This document shows, in pieces, positions 10,729 to 24,207 of a stretch of 64,000 bases of DNA (within the stretch, counting starts at the first letter, position 1; the number at the start of each line of letters is the position of its first letter). The notes below the pieces were generated by a model. The model had not been told where the DNA came from, ran no database searches, and was given only the letters and a program-made list of their open reading frames with translations. Position numbers and translations under genes: made by a program. This stretch comes from Trichosphaerium sp. ATCC 40318. Lineage: Eukaryota; Protista; Tubulinea. The stretch covers positions 1-64,000 of the forward strand of contig JALMLS010000340.1 in NCBI GenBank assembly GCA_038496445.1, in the 5' to 3' direction.

Positions 10729-13700
10729 ATGGCTTTTCTTTGTCGAGGTAAACAGCGCAACCGCAGCACTTTTACCCTTTTTCCACCAACCAGCTTGATG
10801 CAGCTTCTCTTGCATATTCTTAACAACTTCTAGCAACCAACGGCGTGAGATCTTTCCATTTTGCAAGACGGCAAACAAGTACGATACACCCATATTATAG
10901 CTCGTTTTGATTCATCTCGCTCAAAATACAACCGCATAATTGTCGTCTAGACACAAAACAATGGACCGAAGCGCGAGCTCGCCCTCAAATGCTCTCAGTA
11001 TTGCGCAGTTACAGCACTGATACTGCTGAGCTCGATTTGGCTTCGAAGGACAACCACAGACCGTTCCTTGATGCTATCGCCAAGAAGCTAAACATAAAGG
11101 GCACTCCTTCTGAATGGTACTTTTCACTAAGCGGTTTTTTTTTTTTTGTTGGCCGTATCAGCTTACGTTTTCAGGTACGATGTCCCTCAAACCAAATTTC
11201 GGGAATTCCAAGGTGTCCGTGAAGTGTTGAGGTAGGTGGTTAGGGGTTTTTTCGTTTAAATCGCTTTTGTAGTTTGGTAACCTTTGCGGTTTAACTAACT
11301 TTTTGTTTCTTAGACACTACGGTGGCTCTATGTACATGGCACTAAAGACTATTTATCCAGAACACTCATTTCAATTCTGGAAATTCAAGTACGCGGTTGT
11401 AGTGCGTTTGCTCGTCAAAACTCAATTTTCTCAAGGCGCACCACTACTACCGGCGATATCTCAGGAGACCAAGAAAGAGAGTTCTTCGAGTATGCCCGCG
11501 AGAACCTCCAAATCAACAACCTGAATGATTGGTACAAGGTCAGTAAGACCAGGCTTCACAGAATCGGTGCGTTTTGTTTATCTTTCCTTACCTTTCTCCT
11601 TGTACGTCAAATACTGACCCTCACTACGCAGGCGGCGGACAGATCCTACAAAAGTACGATGGCGATCTATGTGCTGCACTACAGGCAGTGTACCCTGACC
11701 ACGAGTTTGTACCTTGGAAATTTAGACGCACCACAAAGGGCTTATTTACCAACATTGATGTTGTAGTCGAGTTCCTTAAATGGGCTGAAAAAGATCTCGA
11801 AATTGATGACCCTGAAGGTACACACATGGCTTGTTGCAACAACAGCACTATACTAGTATTTTTTGGAAAAACCTTTTTTTGAAAACAAACCTTTTCGGTG
11901 TGTTTGACTAACTGGCTGTAGAATGGTACCGTATTTCACGTTCTCAATGGGACGAAATTGGTGGTGGCGCTCTATGGACCACGTATCGTCAAAACTTGTT
12001 CAAAGCGTTCGATATCTTGTACCCAGAGCATGAGTTCAGCGAAGAAGAATTTCGTACACGTGTTAAGAAGTCCACACAGAGGTATGTACTGCCTCTTAAA
12101 CGCGGCACAACTGCTTTTTTTTGTTCTTTTGTCAGTTTTTTCTTTGTCAACAAGTTTAAAGACAAGTGAGTGACGCCAAATCTCATTATATTTGCATAGA
12201 TTGCTATGCAAGAAAACACAAAAAGTATACCCAGACAACGAAGTGTTCGAAGACTACCAAGATCCTGATATCAAATACGATGATGATCTTCCAGTCGAGT
12301 TTGATATTTACATACCAGAGTTGAAGCTAGCATTGGAATACCAAGGCGAGCATCACTTCCACGATAACCCTGGTTACTTTGGTCCTGCCAGATTATACGC
12401 TCAGGCTGATGAGCGCAAGGTTGAGGTTGCCAAAGCACACGGTACGTCATTTTGACCGCGATCCTACTTTTTTTTTTTACTACCAGCCAACGCATCGCCC
12501 CCTCACGCGTCACTAGGTGTCACTGTAGTTCCAATTCCATACTGGTGGGACAGAAACATTGACACTGTCAAGGCCACTATTCACTATCACAGACCTGATC
12601 TCATGCCAAAAGACCAGGTAATCATCCAAACCCCTCTACATTTTTTTTAAAATTATATTAACACTGATATCAGGTTCCTGAAGGAGCACGTCCTCTTATC
12701 ATGGATGTTGACAACTTTACACCACCTGGTGGTGCTGTTGAAGACAGACTTTCTGTCAACGACTTTATGCACGGCGCTGATTATGCTGGCCAACCAGTTG
12801 AAGGTTGGTGGATGTGTGAGAAACTCGACGGTATTCGTGCCCTCTGGGACGGAAAGAGACTATACAGTCGTAAGGGTAACTTTATCCCTGCTCCTCCTCC
12901 ATTTTTGGAGCGCTTTCCTGAGGACACTCCTCTTGAAGGTGAATTGTGGGTTGGTCGCTCAGAATTTTACACTCTCATGTAAGTCTCAACACACGGCAAC
13001 CTTTTTTTTCGTTCCTACCAAAAAAACAAAGGCCATTTTTGTCACATCAGATTGACTAACCGTTTGGGTGAATAGGAGACAGATTTACGCATCAAAGAAT
13101 TGGGCTCAGATCCGATTCCACGTTTTCGACCTTCCGCTCAACAAAGCTGGTGCGTAATAAATACATATATATATATAACAACACGGCGGCCATGGCAATA
13201 AACTAATTGTTTTCTAGATCCTTGGGAGAAACGTTACGAGCAAATGAAAGAATTGATCCCTGAAAACGACCCTGTTCTTCGTCTTGTTGAACACGAGCAA
13301 ATCAAGAACAAAGATCACATGCAGAAAAAACTAGACGAAATTATTGGTCTCGGCGGTACGGCCATATACTACACAAATGCTGTTTTGATTGTTTTATATA
13401 TATCTTCTATATCTAATAGTCTACTAGGTGAGGGTGTCGTTATGAGAAAACCTGGACACTTGTACACTCCTGGAACAACGAACTCTGTCCTAAAGATCAA
13501 AGAGTACTTTGATACCGAAGTAAAAATGATTGCTCCCCATGTTACTGAAAAGAAGTCAAACCTTCTTCACTGCGAAATGTACGCACCTTTTTTTCTTTTT
13601 ATTTTTTGGTATCTCTACCTGTGTCAAGTAAAAAAAAACAAAATATTTTTACTCACGCAATTTTTTTTTTATAGGCCAAATGGATTGGATGTATTCGTCA

Positions 13701-13888
13701 AGTGCACAACATATGATTACAACAACCCTCCACCAGAGGACTCAGTCTTGACCATCTCCCATCAAGGTCTTGCACCAAGCGGTAAACCGCGTTATCCATT
13801 CCTATTGAGAAGGCGTCATGAACTCTCTTGGGAAGAAGTATGTCTCAAATGGCCTACAATCCGTAAAAAGCAAACAGTCGAAAAGTAA
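10729..13888 (+). CDS. Putative mitochondrial repeat-nuclease-ligase fusion: presequence + 3 DWY repeats + Vsr/DUF559-like PD-(D/E)XK domain + minimal ATP-dependent DNA ligase (adenylation + OB domains)
   Basis: Spliced N-terminus MAFLCRATNGVRSFHFARRQTNTKQWTEARARPQMLSVLRSYST. Repeats carry EWY/DWY/EWY. Nuclease FDIYIPELKLALEYQGEHHF...DERK...IPYWW. In-frame intron 12618-12673. Ligase motifs EKLDGIRALWDG, LEGELW, FHVFD, GEGVVMR, LKIK and GKPRYP. Confidence 0.85.
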
Positions 13889-14186
13889 ATCACCTGCAAT
13901 TGCCTCTCTACGTCTAGCTAGTGGCGTTATGGTGCCGGTCACTCGTACGAGCTTGCCGCATTACAGTGTGGATCGGCCATACACATCTTCTTGTTTCTAC
14001 ATCATGTGCACGAGTAAATGCGTAGTTGTTATTTGTAACCCTTGCTTCAGTTGATGTCTTTGATTAGTTACCTTTTTTTTTTTCTCTTCGAAATTGTTTT
14101 TTGGCAGTTGGTCTCAAACAAAGTTTCAGATAATGGAACAATCAAGACTAAGCCTGTAATACAAACAATCAGTATTTAAACACCCA

Positions 14187-17100
14187 ATGGCTCAAGCACG
14201 TTTGGAACAAGTGGCTAGCAGTGCGCGGGTACCTGGCGCTTATGCAAAGATTTACAAAGAAGAATGCGCCTATTCCTTCCACACTGCGGTACTACTGTCC
14301 TTCATTGGCATCATCTCACCACTTTTTACGAAGGAAGATGAAGGCGGTGTCATGGTGGACCTAAACAGCTTCATTGCCTTCAGCCCAGAGTTCTGCAAGT
14401 TGAATTATGCTAAGACGTCCCATTCGTTGTACTTGAATGTCGTTAAAAAGCGCGTTCCGCGTAAAGTGCGTTAGCACCTCTAGGACATGCCTTTAAACTA
14501 TGAAATTAGGATGAAGAGACTAAAGAAGCTACATCAACGAAGGTTGATGAGCCAGCAGCCAAACGCCAACAATTAACCGTCGAACTCTCCGATGTACCTA
14601 AAGACTACGAATACGAGTACACGTACAGTCTTGTATTGCAGCCTGACGAATTGCGAATCGCGTACCCTAACCAGGTGAGTTCTGGGGAAGCACACAAGGG
14701 GTAAATGGACACGCAGTCTTTCGGCAGTTGGGTTAATCGCATGCTGGCAGTTAACTGTCAGCCGTCAGCGAGAATGAGAATACATTTTATTGACGATCTG
14801 TATTTAGGACGTTAAGATACCAGAGGCGATAGCATCTGCTGCCAACGCTGTGATCTCAAGAGACAGCGCACTAAAACAAGATGCAACCAAGATGGTCAAT
14901 CTTTTTGATCAAAGCGTTGAGAGCCAGTACTCCTTTGGCCTCTTACAACTCGACAATGGCGTTAAAGTGCCAAGGCACGGCTGGAAGTGTGCAGGTGCGT
15001 ACATATTGGAGGGGACGCAATTCAGCTTTTTATTTTGTTTTTTGGGTTTGCGGCTTTTGCGACTTTGTGGCTCACGCATATATTCTTAGTGTGCGGACTT
15101 GAGGAGAATCTTTGGTTGAATATTACAGATGGATTCATAGGATGTGGTCGTAGTCAAATTGGTGTAGTGCAAGGTGCGTTCATATAAAGGCGTTGCGGCC
15201 AGCAGGCTGAGGGCCACACAATCTCTCTGACAATAACAACTAATGCGGTTCCTCCTATTGAACAGGTAATAATCACGCGCTCGAACACTACAAACAAACA
15301 ACCTATCCAGTGGCTGTGAAACTTGGATCTATCAGTGCGGAAGGCGCAGGCACGTTATGACGATTAGCTTTGTTATTGTTGTTGTTTTGTTTACTCATTT
15401 GTAGAGGTTTGGAGTTATGCGGATGACAACATGATCAAAGCACCTCTGCTTGACCAATGGCTATTGCACTGGGGCATCGACCTTAAGGCGATGAAAAAGA
15501 CTGAAATGTCAGTGGCAGAGCTCGCTGCACAGGCAAACAACAGTTTCGAATGGAGCAGGGCTGAAGAGCGTGGCAAGACTCTGGAGAACATATTCGGACC
15601 AGGGTACACTGGCATCATCAATTTGGGCAACACATGCTACATGAATTCAATTCTTCAACTGCTCTTTACCGTGCCTTCATTCATCAAGCGATACGGAGCG
15701 GCAGCACAAGACATCTTCAATGCATCTAACCCATCGTCTGCTCCAAAAGATTTTCACGTTCAAATGTACGACAGACAACATTGTAACGCCCCCACGTGAT
15801 TCTACTCACAACCGGACTAGGGCAAAATTTGCGCAAGGTTTACTCTCTGGACGTCATTCTATCAAACAAACTGAGACAAAGGACGAGCAAGGACTACCTA
15901 AATACGTGCGTGTTGTGACGTCTGTTTCCCAGTTGTTACTCCAGTCGACTGATTTATATATTTCGATTGTAGTCTCCAAATTGTGTAAAGCCTTGGATGC
16001 TTAAAGCAGTCGTTGGTGGCAATCACAAGGAGTTTTCGACGCTGAGGCAGCAAGACGCATCCGAGTTCTTCCAGTACCTGATGGAGTTTGTAACGCGAAA
16101 AGAAAAACTTAGCGGAGGACTAGACCCAACTCAAGTATTCAGATTTTACATTTCCTCAAGGCTAGAGTGCCAAGCCTCCAAAAACGTGCGCTACACCAAA
16201 CGTGTTGATAACGTCCTGTCTCTTCCTATTCCCCTCGACAAGTCTACCAACATGGACCAAGTCATAGCCTGGAAAGAGGCTCAATCCAAGCTGACACAGG
16301 AACAAATAGACAAATCTAAAAGGTGCGAACAGGTTGCAACTGTTTTTTTTAAATACAAGCTGAACGATAAAAACAAAAAGTAGTCGATTGATTGATTGAT
16401 TTAACAAACAATAGGGACAAGACTTTCTCGCCCGTATATCCAAGTGTGAACTTGACAGATTGCATCAACGCTTGGGCATCGACAGAGACTATAGATGGAT
16501 TTTTCTCTACAGCGATACAAGGAAGGACCACGGCAAATAAGTGCGATTATACATTTATTTGGTAGCCATCTATTTTTCTAACTTGTGGATGTGGTAGGTC
16601 ATCCAAGTTCTCTACGTTTCCGCCGTACTTGGTGATTCAAATGCAAAAGTTTGTGTTCGAGGATGGTTGGGTTCCTAAGAAGCTTGAGGCAACCCTTAAT
16701 GCGCCTGACGAGCTAGACATCGAATACCTTCGCTGCAAAGGGCTACAACCAAACGAAAAAGAACTTCCTGAGGACAAGAAACAAGCAGCTGCGCCTGCTG
16801 CATCAACGTTTCAAGTGAATGAAGGTACATTCCATTACGCTTTTTTTCTTTTTTTTTTTTGAAGATACAATACATCTGTGCCACTCATCTTTATATGTAG
16901 TTGCTCTATCATCCATCATGAGTATGGGATTGTCTATATCACAAGCCAAGGCAGGCCTGAAAGCCACTGATAACAACGTAGAACGGTAAGCTGAGGTATT
17001 GCGTGCTACTTAACAATACTAACGCCTTCTCTCTTGTCAGTGCCATTGAGTGGATATTCTCTCATCCTGATATCCCTCCAGAAGAGGAAGCAGCACCACA

Positions 17101-17439
17101 AGAGGTTGTAGCTACTCCAGATGAGAAATTGGATGATGGCAAAGGCAGTACGTGTCCAATCCTCGTGTTGTACTTTTAAGTGTGTTCCACTAAAAATAAC
17201 GTTAGAATACCAATTACACGCCTTCGTCACCCACGTTGGTAAGAATCTCGATAGTGGCCACTACTTGATTCATATTTTGAAGGACGGTACGTTGTAGTTG
17301 TAGCTGGTTGTGTCTGTCAGGTTTTTCTGAAAATTTTGTTTGTATAGGTAAATGGGTTGTTTTCAATGACTCTAAGGTTGCATTGTCTCAAGACCCTCCC
17401 CGAGACTTGGCTTACTTGTACATCTACAGACGGTGTTAA
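14187..17439 (+). CDS. USP5: Ubiquitin carboxyl-terminal hydrolase, USP5/USP13/Ubp14 (isopeptidase T) family
   Basis: [11 protein letters not shown]-terminus; Zn[27 protein letters not shown]; Cys box [13 protein letters not shown]; QQDASEF; UBA; His box [11 protein letters not shown]...FNDSKV. Confidence 0.93.
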
Positions 17440-17546
17440 CTTACCGGTGTGATTTGAATAATGATCATCTGAATTGTAATCAATGTTTTTTTACATAAAG
17501 ACAGCTTGTGTTCATAAGAATGTTCTTTTTTTTTTGGATTGATCTT

Positions 17547-20500
17547 TTACATTTTTGAGGATATTAGGCGTTCAAGTTTTTCAACTTGGTTTTGTAATGC
17601 TACCCGTTGTGAGCGCTCTTCTTCAAGTTGCTCGCTCAACTGTTTAACTCGGCTCTCTAATGCCGCCAGGCGGTGGCCAATTGGAGGACCTGTCCTTGGG
17701 CTATGTCCTGGCGTTCTTGGACTAAGTCCGGGCGTTCTTGGACTTGGTAATGGCGGCTTTGACCGCGTGTTGGGCACAGGAAGTGTACGCTTTGGCTGGC
17801 TGCCTTCGGGCGTCCTAGGCGATGAAACGTGTGGCAGCGAGTGCACTCGACTGTGCCATGCACATGCAGACATTAGTTTTGAATGCCAAACTTCAATATT
17901 TTGCTTGTTTGCTGTAAAGTCACGAATTAGACGGCGATTATTGAATATAAAAAAAGTACATTTTAGATCTAAGGTTATATTTTCGCCTTTTAGCTGAATT
18001 GCCTTGTCTCCCTTTCGTGTCAACGTAGCAGACGCCAATTGTATGGTAACTAATGGGATCGAGAGAGTCTACAAGCATTGTGAGTGGTTGTTGCATAAGC
18101 AGGTGGTTGTACATTTTGACTTGCAAAGCAGTAGAGAGCCTCATCTGTTAAAATACAATAGAGATCTTCATCTCCTATTTGGAGTGTGCCCTTGACAACT
18201 CGATTAGAGAGAAATGTCAAAATCCAAGTCGATAATACAACGTGGCGTTGGAGGTACCTTATGTTGTGCTGCAGTGTTCCAGTCAATATCGCTAGTCATC
18301 GCGGCAGTGTGCACTTTACGCCTGCTTGATGGGGCCGACGTACTGTCTCTGGCGTTCTTGGTATCCGGAATGGCGATTGCCTTTAGTTTGGCTGGTGCCA
18401 CTGTTTTTTTGCGCGAGGGCGCAATGCGTTGGACGTAGCTAACTGATGGGCGTAATTAGTTATAAAAAATGTGGGATAGGTACAATGGTATTACTGGTTT
18501 TAATCTACTCGCAAAAAATGACATACCAGGAAACCATACGCTATTTCCGTTTACTTTGGTTTGATACCAGTAACCTTTGCTGTCTTCTTTGTACACTGTA
18601 AGTTCATCATCGACTTCCAACGATATTTGATTTGGTCCAGCGGCCTGTATCACGCCGTTTTAGTCAATGTGCGGCGTATAAAAGAGAGTGGACGTACAGT
18701 AAAGTTTGCAATAGCGCGAACCTTGTAAAGACCTTCGCTTGCTTTGGCTGTGTCTACCTAAAGTACCGTTTTAGAGGGTTTTTTTTTCTCACTTATAGTA
18801 CGTACACGTGACAAACTGCTTGGTTGTGATTCTATTTCTGGTTGGTTGTCAGGATTATCGAATAGTAGCGTATAATACTCAATATACAATTTGGTGATAA
18901 GAGCAACGGTGGGAGATTCCAAGACTGCTATGCCTGGATTTTCGTTTTCTTGTCGCAATATATTAGGTCCAAACACCATTGCCAAGTTCTCAAGTGTCAT
19001 TTTGTTGATATCCTTCATTTTTGATACGCGGTTGAGATGCGCTGCCAAGTACCTTAGTACTATCAAATTCTCTTCTGGCAGTGCCTTGGCAATCTTTATG
19101 ATTGCAGTGACCTTGTCTTTCTCAGCTATTTTGCTTGTACCAATGTTGAGCAGCGGTTTATAGTACTTGTACGGCAACAAAGGCTCAGGTAGACTCCTCA
19201 AGAAGGATTTAAGCAATCCAGCAACCGTGTGTGGATTATCACACTCGTCCAAATCTACATTCTCGTCTCTATCAAATGCTTCTTTGTATGTTTGCATGTT
19301 TTGAAGGTTTCCTGTTAATCGGAATATCCCTTCTTCGTCAAGGCTATTCGCGTCCAGGTACGCTATTGTGTTTGTAATGATAGGTGGAAGAGCCAGACCA
19401 GGTTTGTTAGCAGTGCCTCTATCTTGTCTCTTTTTTAAAAGTTCAGAGAGCGGCACACCAAAAACCCTAACAAATGCTTAGTAAGAGAACAATAAATTCT
19501 GGTTTGTAGGTGAACGTACTTTCCTTGTCCTGTATTGAGTATCTGTCCCTTCATGACGTTGCTCCATTCGCGCAACACGGACTCAGAGTAGTCATCTGAG
19601 GTTATGACTAAATATTCAGATGCGGTCTTGCTAGTGAAGCCTTTAAACTGCCTATAAAAGTTGGAAGAATTAGGCAAATGATCAACATGTGCTGGTATAA
19701 AACCTTTGAAGTATGATTGAGGGTCGGTCCTTGTTGGTTTTCTTTGTCATTGTGATGGTGTAATAATTCAATGGCACTGCGCCTGCAGGTGTGTCGTTCT
19801 ATGAAAGAGGTGGTTTTTAGTAAAACTTGTGTGAGCTACAGCTGCGTACGCCTCGTGACCGGAAATAAAATAAAAACAATCCTGCGAATACAAACCACCT
19901 ACGTTGTCGCTTTGTTAGCTCTTTCTTTAGTTCTGATATATCCTTCTCCTGATTCTTCTTTCCTCTACCAGCTGCCAATTCAAGTCAGTATTGTCACGTA
20001 CACGCTACCACAAATATACCTGATTGCTTCCACAGGTAACCTTGTTTGCGCGGCCTCTGGATGAGTGTTGAGTAGTGCTAGCGAGAGCGATGGAATTAGT
20101 AATCGAGTTCACCTTTAAAATAGTAACTGAGCAGCAATGCTGTGCTTACCTTTATCAGTGCAACCACAGGTGCAATTATGAGCGTCACGTTGGCGTGTTC
20201 CGCAAGTACTGTTTGAAGACACGTTGATGAGTTCATCCAAACGCGCTTTTCGGCGTTGGCTATTTGGAAGACAAATTCGTCCTTCCCCAAGTTCAACCAC
20301 TAAATACGCACTTGTCAGTTCGAAATAATTCGTTACACCATCATTTTGTTTTGGTGTGAACGTACGTCCTGTAAGCGCTCTATGAACAAATCTGCAACAA
20401 ATACATGTCAAAAAAAAAAATGTACACTAGATTTTGAAACAAAAACGTACGCATGGGGCGGCTTGCATCAAGTAACAAAGTTCGTTTTTTGTTATTCTCG

Positions 20501-20882
20501 AGAAAAACACGGACGTTTACGTTGACTGGTGCTGCGTATATTTCCAAAATGGACTAGTACGATTGTTAGTGCGCCAGTGCACAACCTAATTCGGTTTTTT
20601 GTACCTCTTGTAACAGTAATTTTGAAGAACGCAAACTACCTAATGTTTGGTTCCTCTCGATAACTTGACCATCAAACGATGCGCTTGGCGATATCACCAG
20701 GCTAATTTCGTCTAGATTCAGATCGTCTAGCTCAGAAAAGCGCTTGCATAGCTGAAATAAGGCCTGTGACGCCGTGACAGAGTCTTTAAACTCTACCACC
20801 TCGTATTGTGACGCTAAATTGCACGTTAACTACCCATCAATCCTTCTTTCGTACCAGCTGGAAGCCTAAATCGCACCCACAT
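17547..20882 (-). CDS. RhoGAP-domain protein with SH3, probable PH domains and C-terminal coiled coil
   Basis: RhoGAP motifs EEGIFRLTG, HTVAGLLKSFLRSLPEPLL and NKMTLENLAMVFGPNIL. SH3 AAGPNQISLEVDD...GYWY...WFP. PH-like KGTLQIGDEDLYCILTDEALYCF. Multi-exon; proposed start MWVRFRLP. Confidence 0.85.
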
Positions 20883-21186
20883 TACTATTCTGGAGCAGTT
20901 CAGATATTGTTATGTGAGGCAAGCCAATTCCAAAAAAACCTCCTGCCTTTTTTAGTGATAGGCAGGCTAGTCAAACAAGTTAACAAAATAGTAATGGTTT
21001 TGTTCCTTACACAGTTTTCTAGTCAAACGCTATTCCGAGTTTATTGCCAAATGTCATTTCATCAATGAGTGGATGGTCATGCTAAATCTTTGATCATAAG
21101 CTACTTGATGCAGTGGAGAAGCAGTATCCCGTTACGTAACAAATGAGCATTGTGCGAGCTCTTAGCGCCTGGGCGACTTGCAAAGG

Positions 21187-23968
21187 ATGTTAGCACGCAC
21201 CTCTACGCTACGAAAAGGGCGTCACTACTGGAGTAACGTTAAAAATCGCCAACAGTTTTTAAAAGAAGTAAGGGTGATTTTATGGCGTTGAATAGCTTAC
21301 ACACGCAAGGCTGAGATCAAATTAAACATTAATGAGCCGCAAGAGTGGTATTTCGTTACTCAGAGCTCCCTGAAAAGGTGTGGAGGCAAAGGGGTGTTGA
21401 GGTAGTGTCTTACAGCACTGTGGCTAGTTGTTTTTTACAAAGTGACATTTTAGCGCGTACGGAGATTCCATTTACAATGTCTTGCGTAGTACTCATACAG
21501 ATTTTAATTGGCTACCTTGGAAATTTGGTAAGACTTATTATTACTCCCTCAATTTTCTTCCACGTGACACGTGCATTGTTAGTAACCGTTCAATCGTCCT
21601 ATTGGAATAAACATCATAACCGCATGCAATTTATTGAGGCAGTACGTGTATCGTGCAAGAAGCGTGTTTTGTGCACATCTAAACCATCTTTGTGTGACAG
21701 GCTATCGATAAATTTTCGATCAAGGACGCTAATGATTGGTATAATGTAACAGTGCCACAAATTGACGAGCTCGGAGGCGACAATCTTAGGTACCTATGAT
21801 ACTGGGTTGCAGTGTAGTACTGATGCCTGCAGAAACTTTAGCCACTTGCTTAAAGATGTGGTAACGGACATGTACCCGAACAATTACTGGGTCAAATGGC
21901 TCTTTAGTATGTCAACACTGCATTGCGTGCGTTGATTTAACTTGATTTTTGATAGGTATTGAACCAGAACAGTTTTGGCGCCAACAAGAGAACGCAACAC
22001 TCTTGATCAAAGCTGTATGCATTCATCATTCAAGCAGCAATTATAGATACAAACCTGTTACATAGGCTGAGCATCATCTTGGCATTCTAAACTACAGGGA
22101 TTGGCGCAAAGTATCACCGACAAATGTGCAACGTTTGGGTGGCAACGCTCTGCTACGAAAGTACGACTTTCCTTACAATCAGACCGCTTACTGTTACAGG
22201 TACATGGGATGCTCGCTATTTACGCTCCTTCAAACCGTATATCCGAAAACCTCGTGGAGTGTTTGGGATTTTGGTATTCGAACTGTCTTGTTCATTAGCT
22301 AGCCGTCTGACACACTGTAGAGTATACTGACAAAAGCAGTTGGTCTTCGCAAACCATAATCGAATTCGTTCGTTACGTACGTTGCTTGTAAATTCCCATA
22401 GTATTGTTATCAAGCAACCAGTTTACTCCGTTGCTCTAGGTAGAACATGAGCTTGGCATCTATCATGTATGTGATTGGTACAACGTCCTTGCAGAAACAG
22501 TTCACGAGCTTGGTGGAAAGCGGTTGTTGGCTCTGTATGCTGTTTTCATGTCTACAACCTAGGTTCCTCATTCCTTTCATAGCTTCTTTGGCGCCTCTCT
22601 GCCAAAGCTATTGTTGTTTGTTTACACTGATTATCACTGGGACACGTCCCTTTTTTGTACGTGTGCAGATGATACGATTGTTTGCTAGTTGTTAATTACA
22701 CGTAATTAGCCCGCAGGAGATGGCACCAGGACGAACAACTTTCTTTTGTTATTGAGGTTGGATTTCACACGAGGCCTGTGTCTAAACGCTCTAGCTAGGT
22801 GGAACGAGAGATGGGTATAAAAGAGTTGAGTGACTGGTACAACGTTCCTGCGGCAGAAGTATTGAAACTTGGAGGTAGAAGCTTCATTACAAGGTGCATC
22901 AACATTCACATAACCTGAACCTCACAACCTCTTAGATATTACACAGGATCCGTCCAAAAGATGTTGCAAGAGGTGTACAGCGACTATGATTGGGAATTTC
23001 ATAAATTTGGTGCGACTGAGGTGGACTCTCACATGATGATTCATCTACTATGTTAACAGCTACTCTGCAGGTACTGTGTCTCAAACTTTCTGGAAAGATA
23101 TCACCAAAATCCGGGCATACATAAGTTTTGTGGAGCAGGAATTAGACATCAAGCAAATGGTGCGTATAATGCATGCCCTTCAAAAGACTTAAATTGTTTA
23201 TTTTGTTGTAGGAAGATTGGTATCGCGTGTCACAGCACCAATTATCAGATATTAAGGGTGGTAACGGATTACTCCACCACTTTCCTTTAGTATTGGGGCA
23301 AGCACATCCAGAATACGATTGGGACTTTAGTTTGTTTTCAAAGCGAGACAAGCGAGCTGTACAAAGGTATGCACTAGTGAATTAATGCCAGCGTTTATAA
23401 TCGCTACAAAGAGTTTTGGGCACGTGTGCACAACGCGTATTTCCTGGCTACGACGTCTTGGAGGAATACAGCCCTAAGCAACAACAAACGGGCTACTTAC
23501 AGCCACTCACGTTGGATATTTTCATCCCACAGTACGCTGTCCAAAAAGTTGTATATCTCTGTGTAGTAATTGTTGCATAGATTGAATTTGGCGTTAGAAT
23601 ATCAAGGGCAACATCATTACACAGATAACTCACGTGGGTTTGGCCCCGCTAAAGTACAAGAAGGACGTGACTTGGAAAAGGTGTCGGCATGCCTTGAAGC
23701 AGGTGCGTGTTGTGTTTTCTCATTTCTCTGGTTGCGCTAGAAGCTAGTTCGCTAAATACTTGACTTAGGGATCGTGATTGTACCCATTCCTCACTGGTGG
23801 GTGGCTGGAGACTGCGCATCTCTCGTTGCGACCATTCTACATTACAGTCCTGAGGCACCAGTTGCATTATCTTCAGATGGTGCAAAACCTCTTGTTGCAT
23901 TTCCTGTTGAAGGAGCAATGTCGCAGCAAGTCATGACGCCGAACAATCTCTCCTTGCAAGATGGTTGA
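21187..23968 (+). CDS. DWY-repeat / PD-(D/E)XK-like nuclease protein, paralogue 2 (~6 repeats, no ligase)
   Basis: MLARTSTLRKGRHYWSNVKNRQQFLKE|AEIKLNINEPQEWY..., then further DWY/DWR repeats. KRAVQR|VL; LDIFIPQ|LNLALEYQGQHHY; DLEKVSACLEAG|IVIVPIPHWW. The 5' end is uncertain. Confidence 0.8.
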
Positions 23969-24207
23969 TCATGTACAGCATTTGTATTATAGCGCAGAGA
24001 ACGTATCTTACCGCACTTGAACAAGTATAAAGTTGGCTTTTGACACAACAACAAATTTGTAAATGTGTACAAATTGTAAAATCAGTTCAGTGACACGTTA
24101 CTGATTAAGTCACTAAACGTCACAACGTGTGAAACAGGAAGGAGAAAGCACCTAATTACATTAAACTATAATTATTTTGGATACTTCAGGTGTATATTAC
24201 GCATTCT

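Noticed and set aside
23413-23425. GTTTTGGGCACGT identical to the MITE repeat unit inside paralogue 2
   Set aside because: A single short match within a coding exon (VLGT); most likely coincidence.
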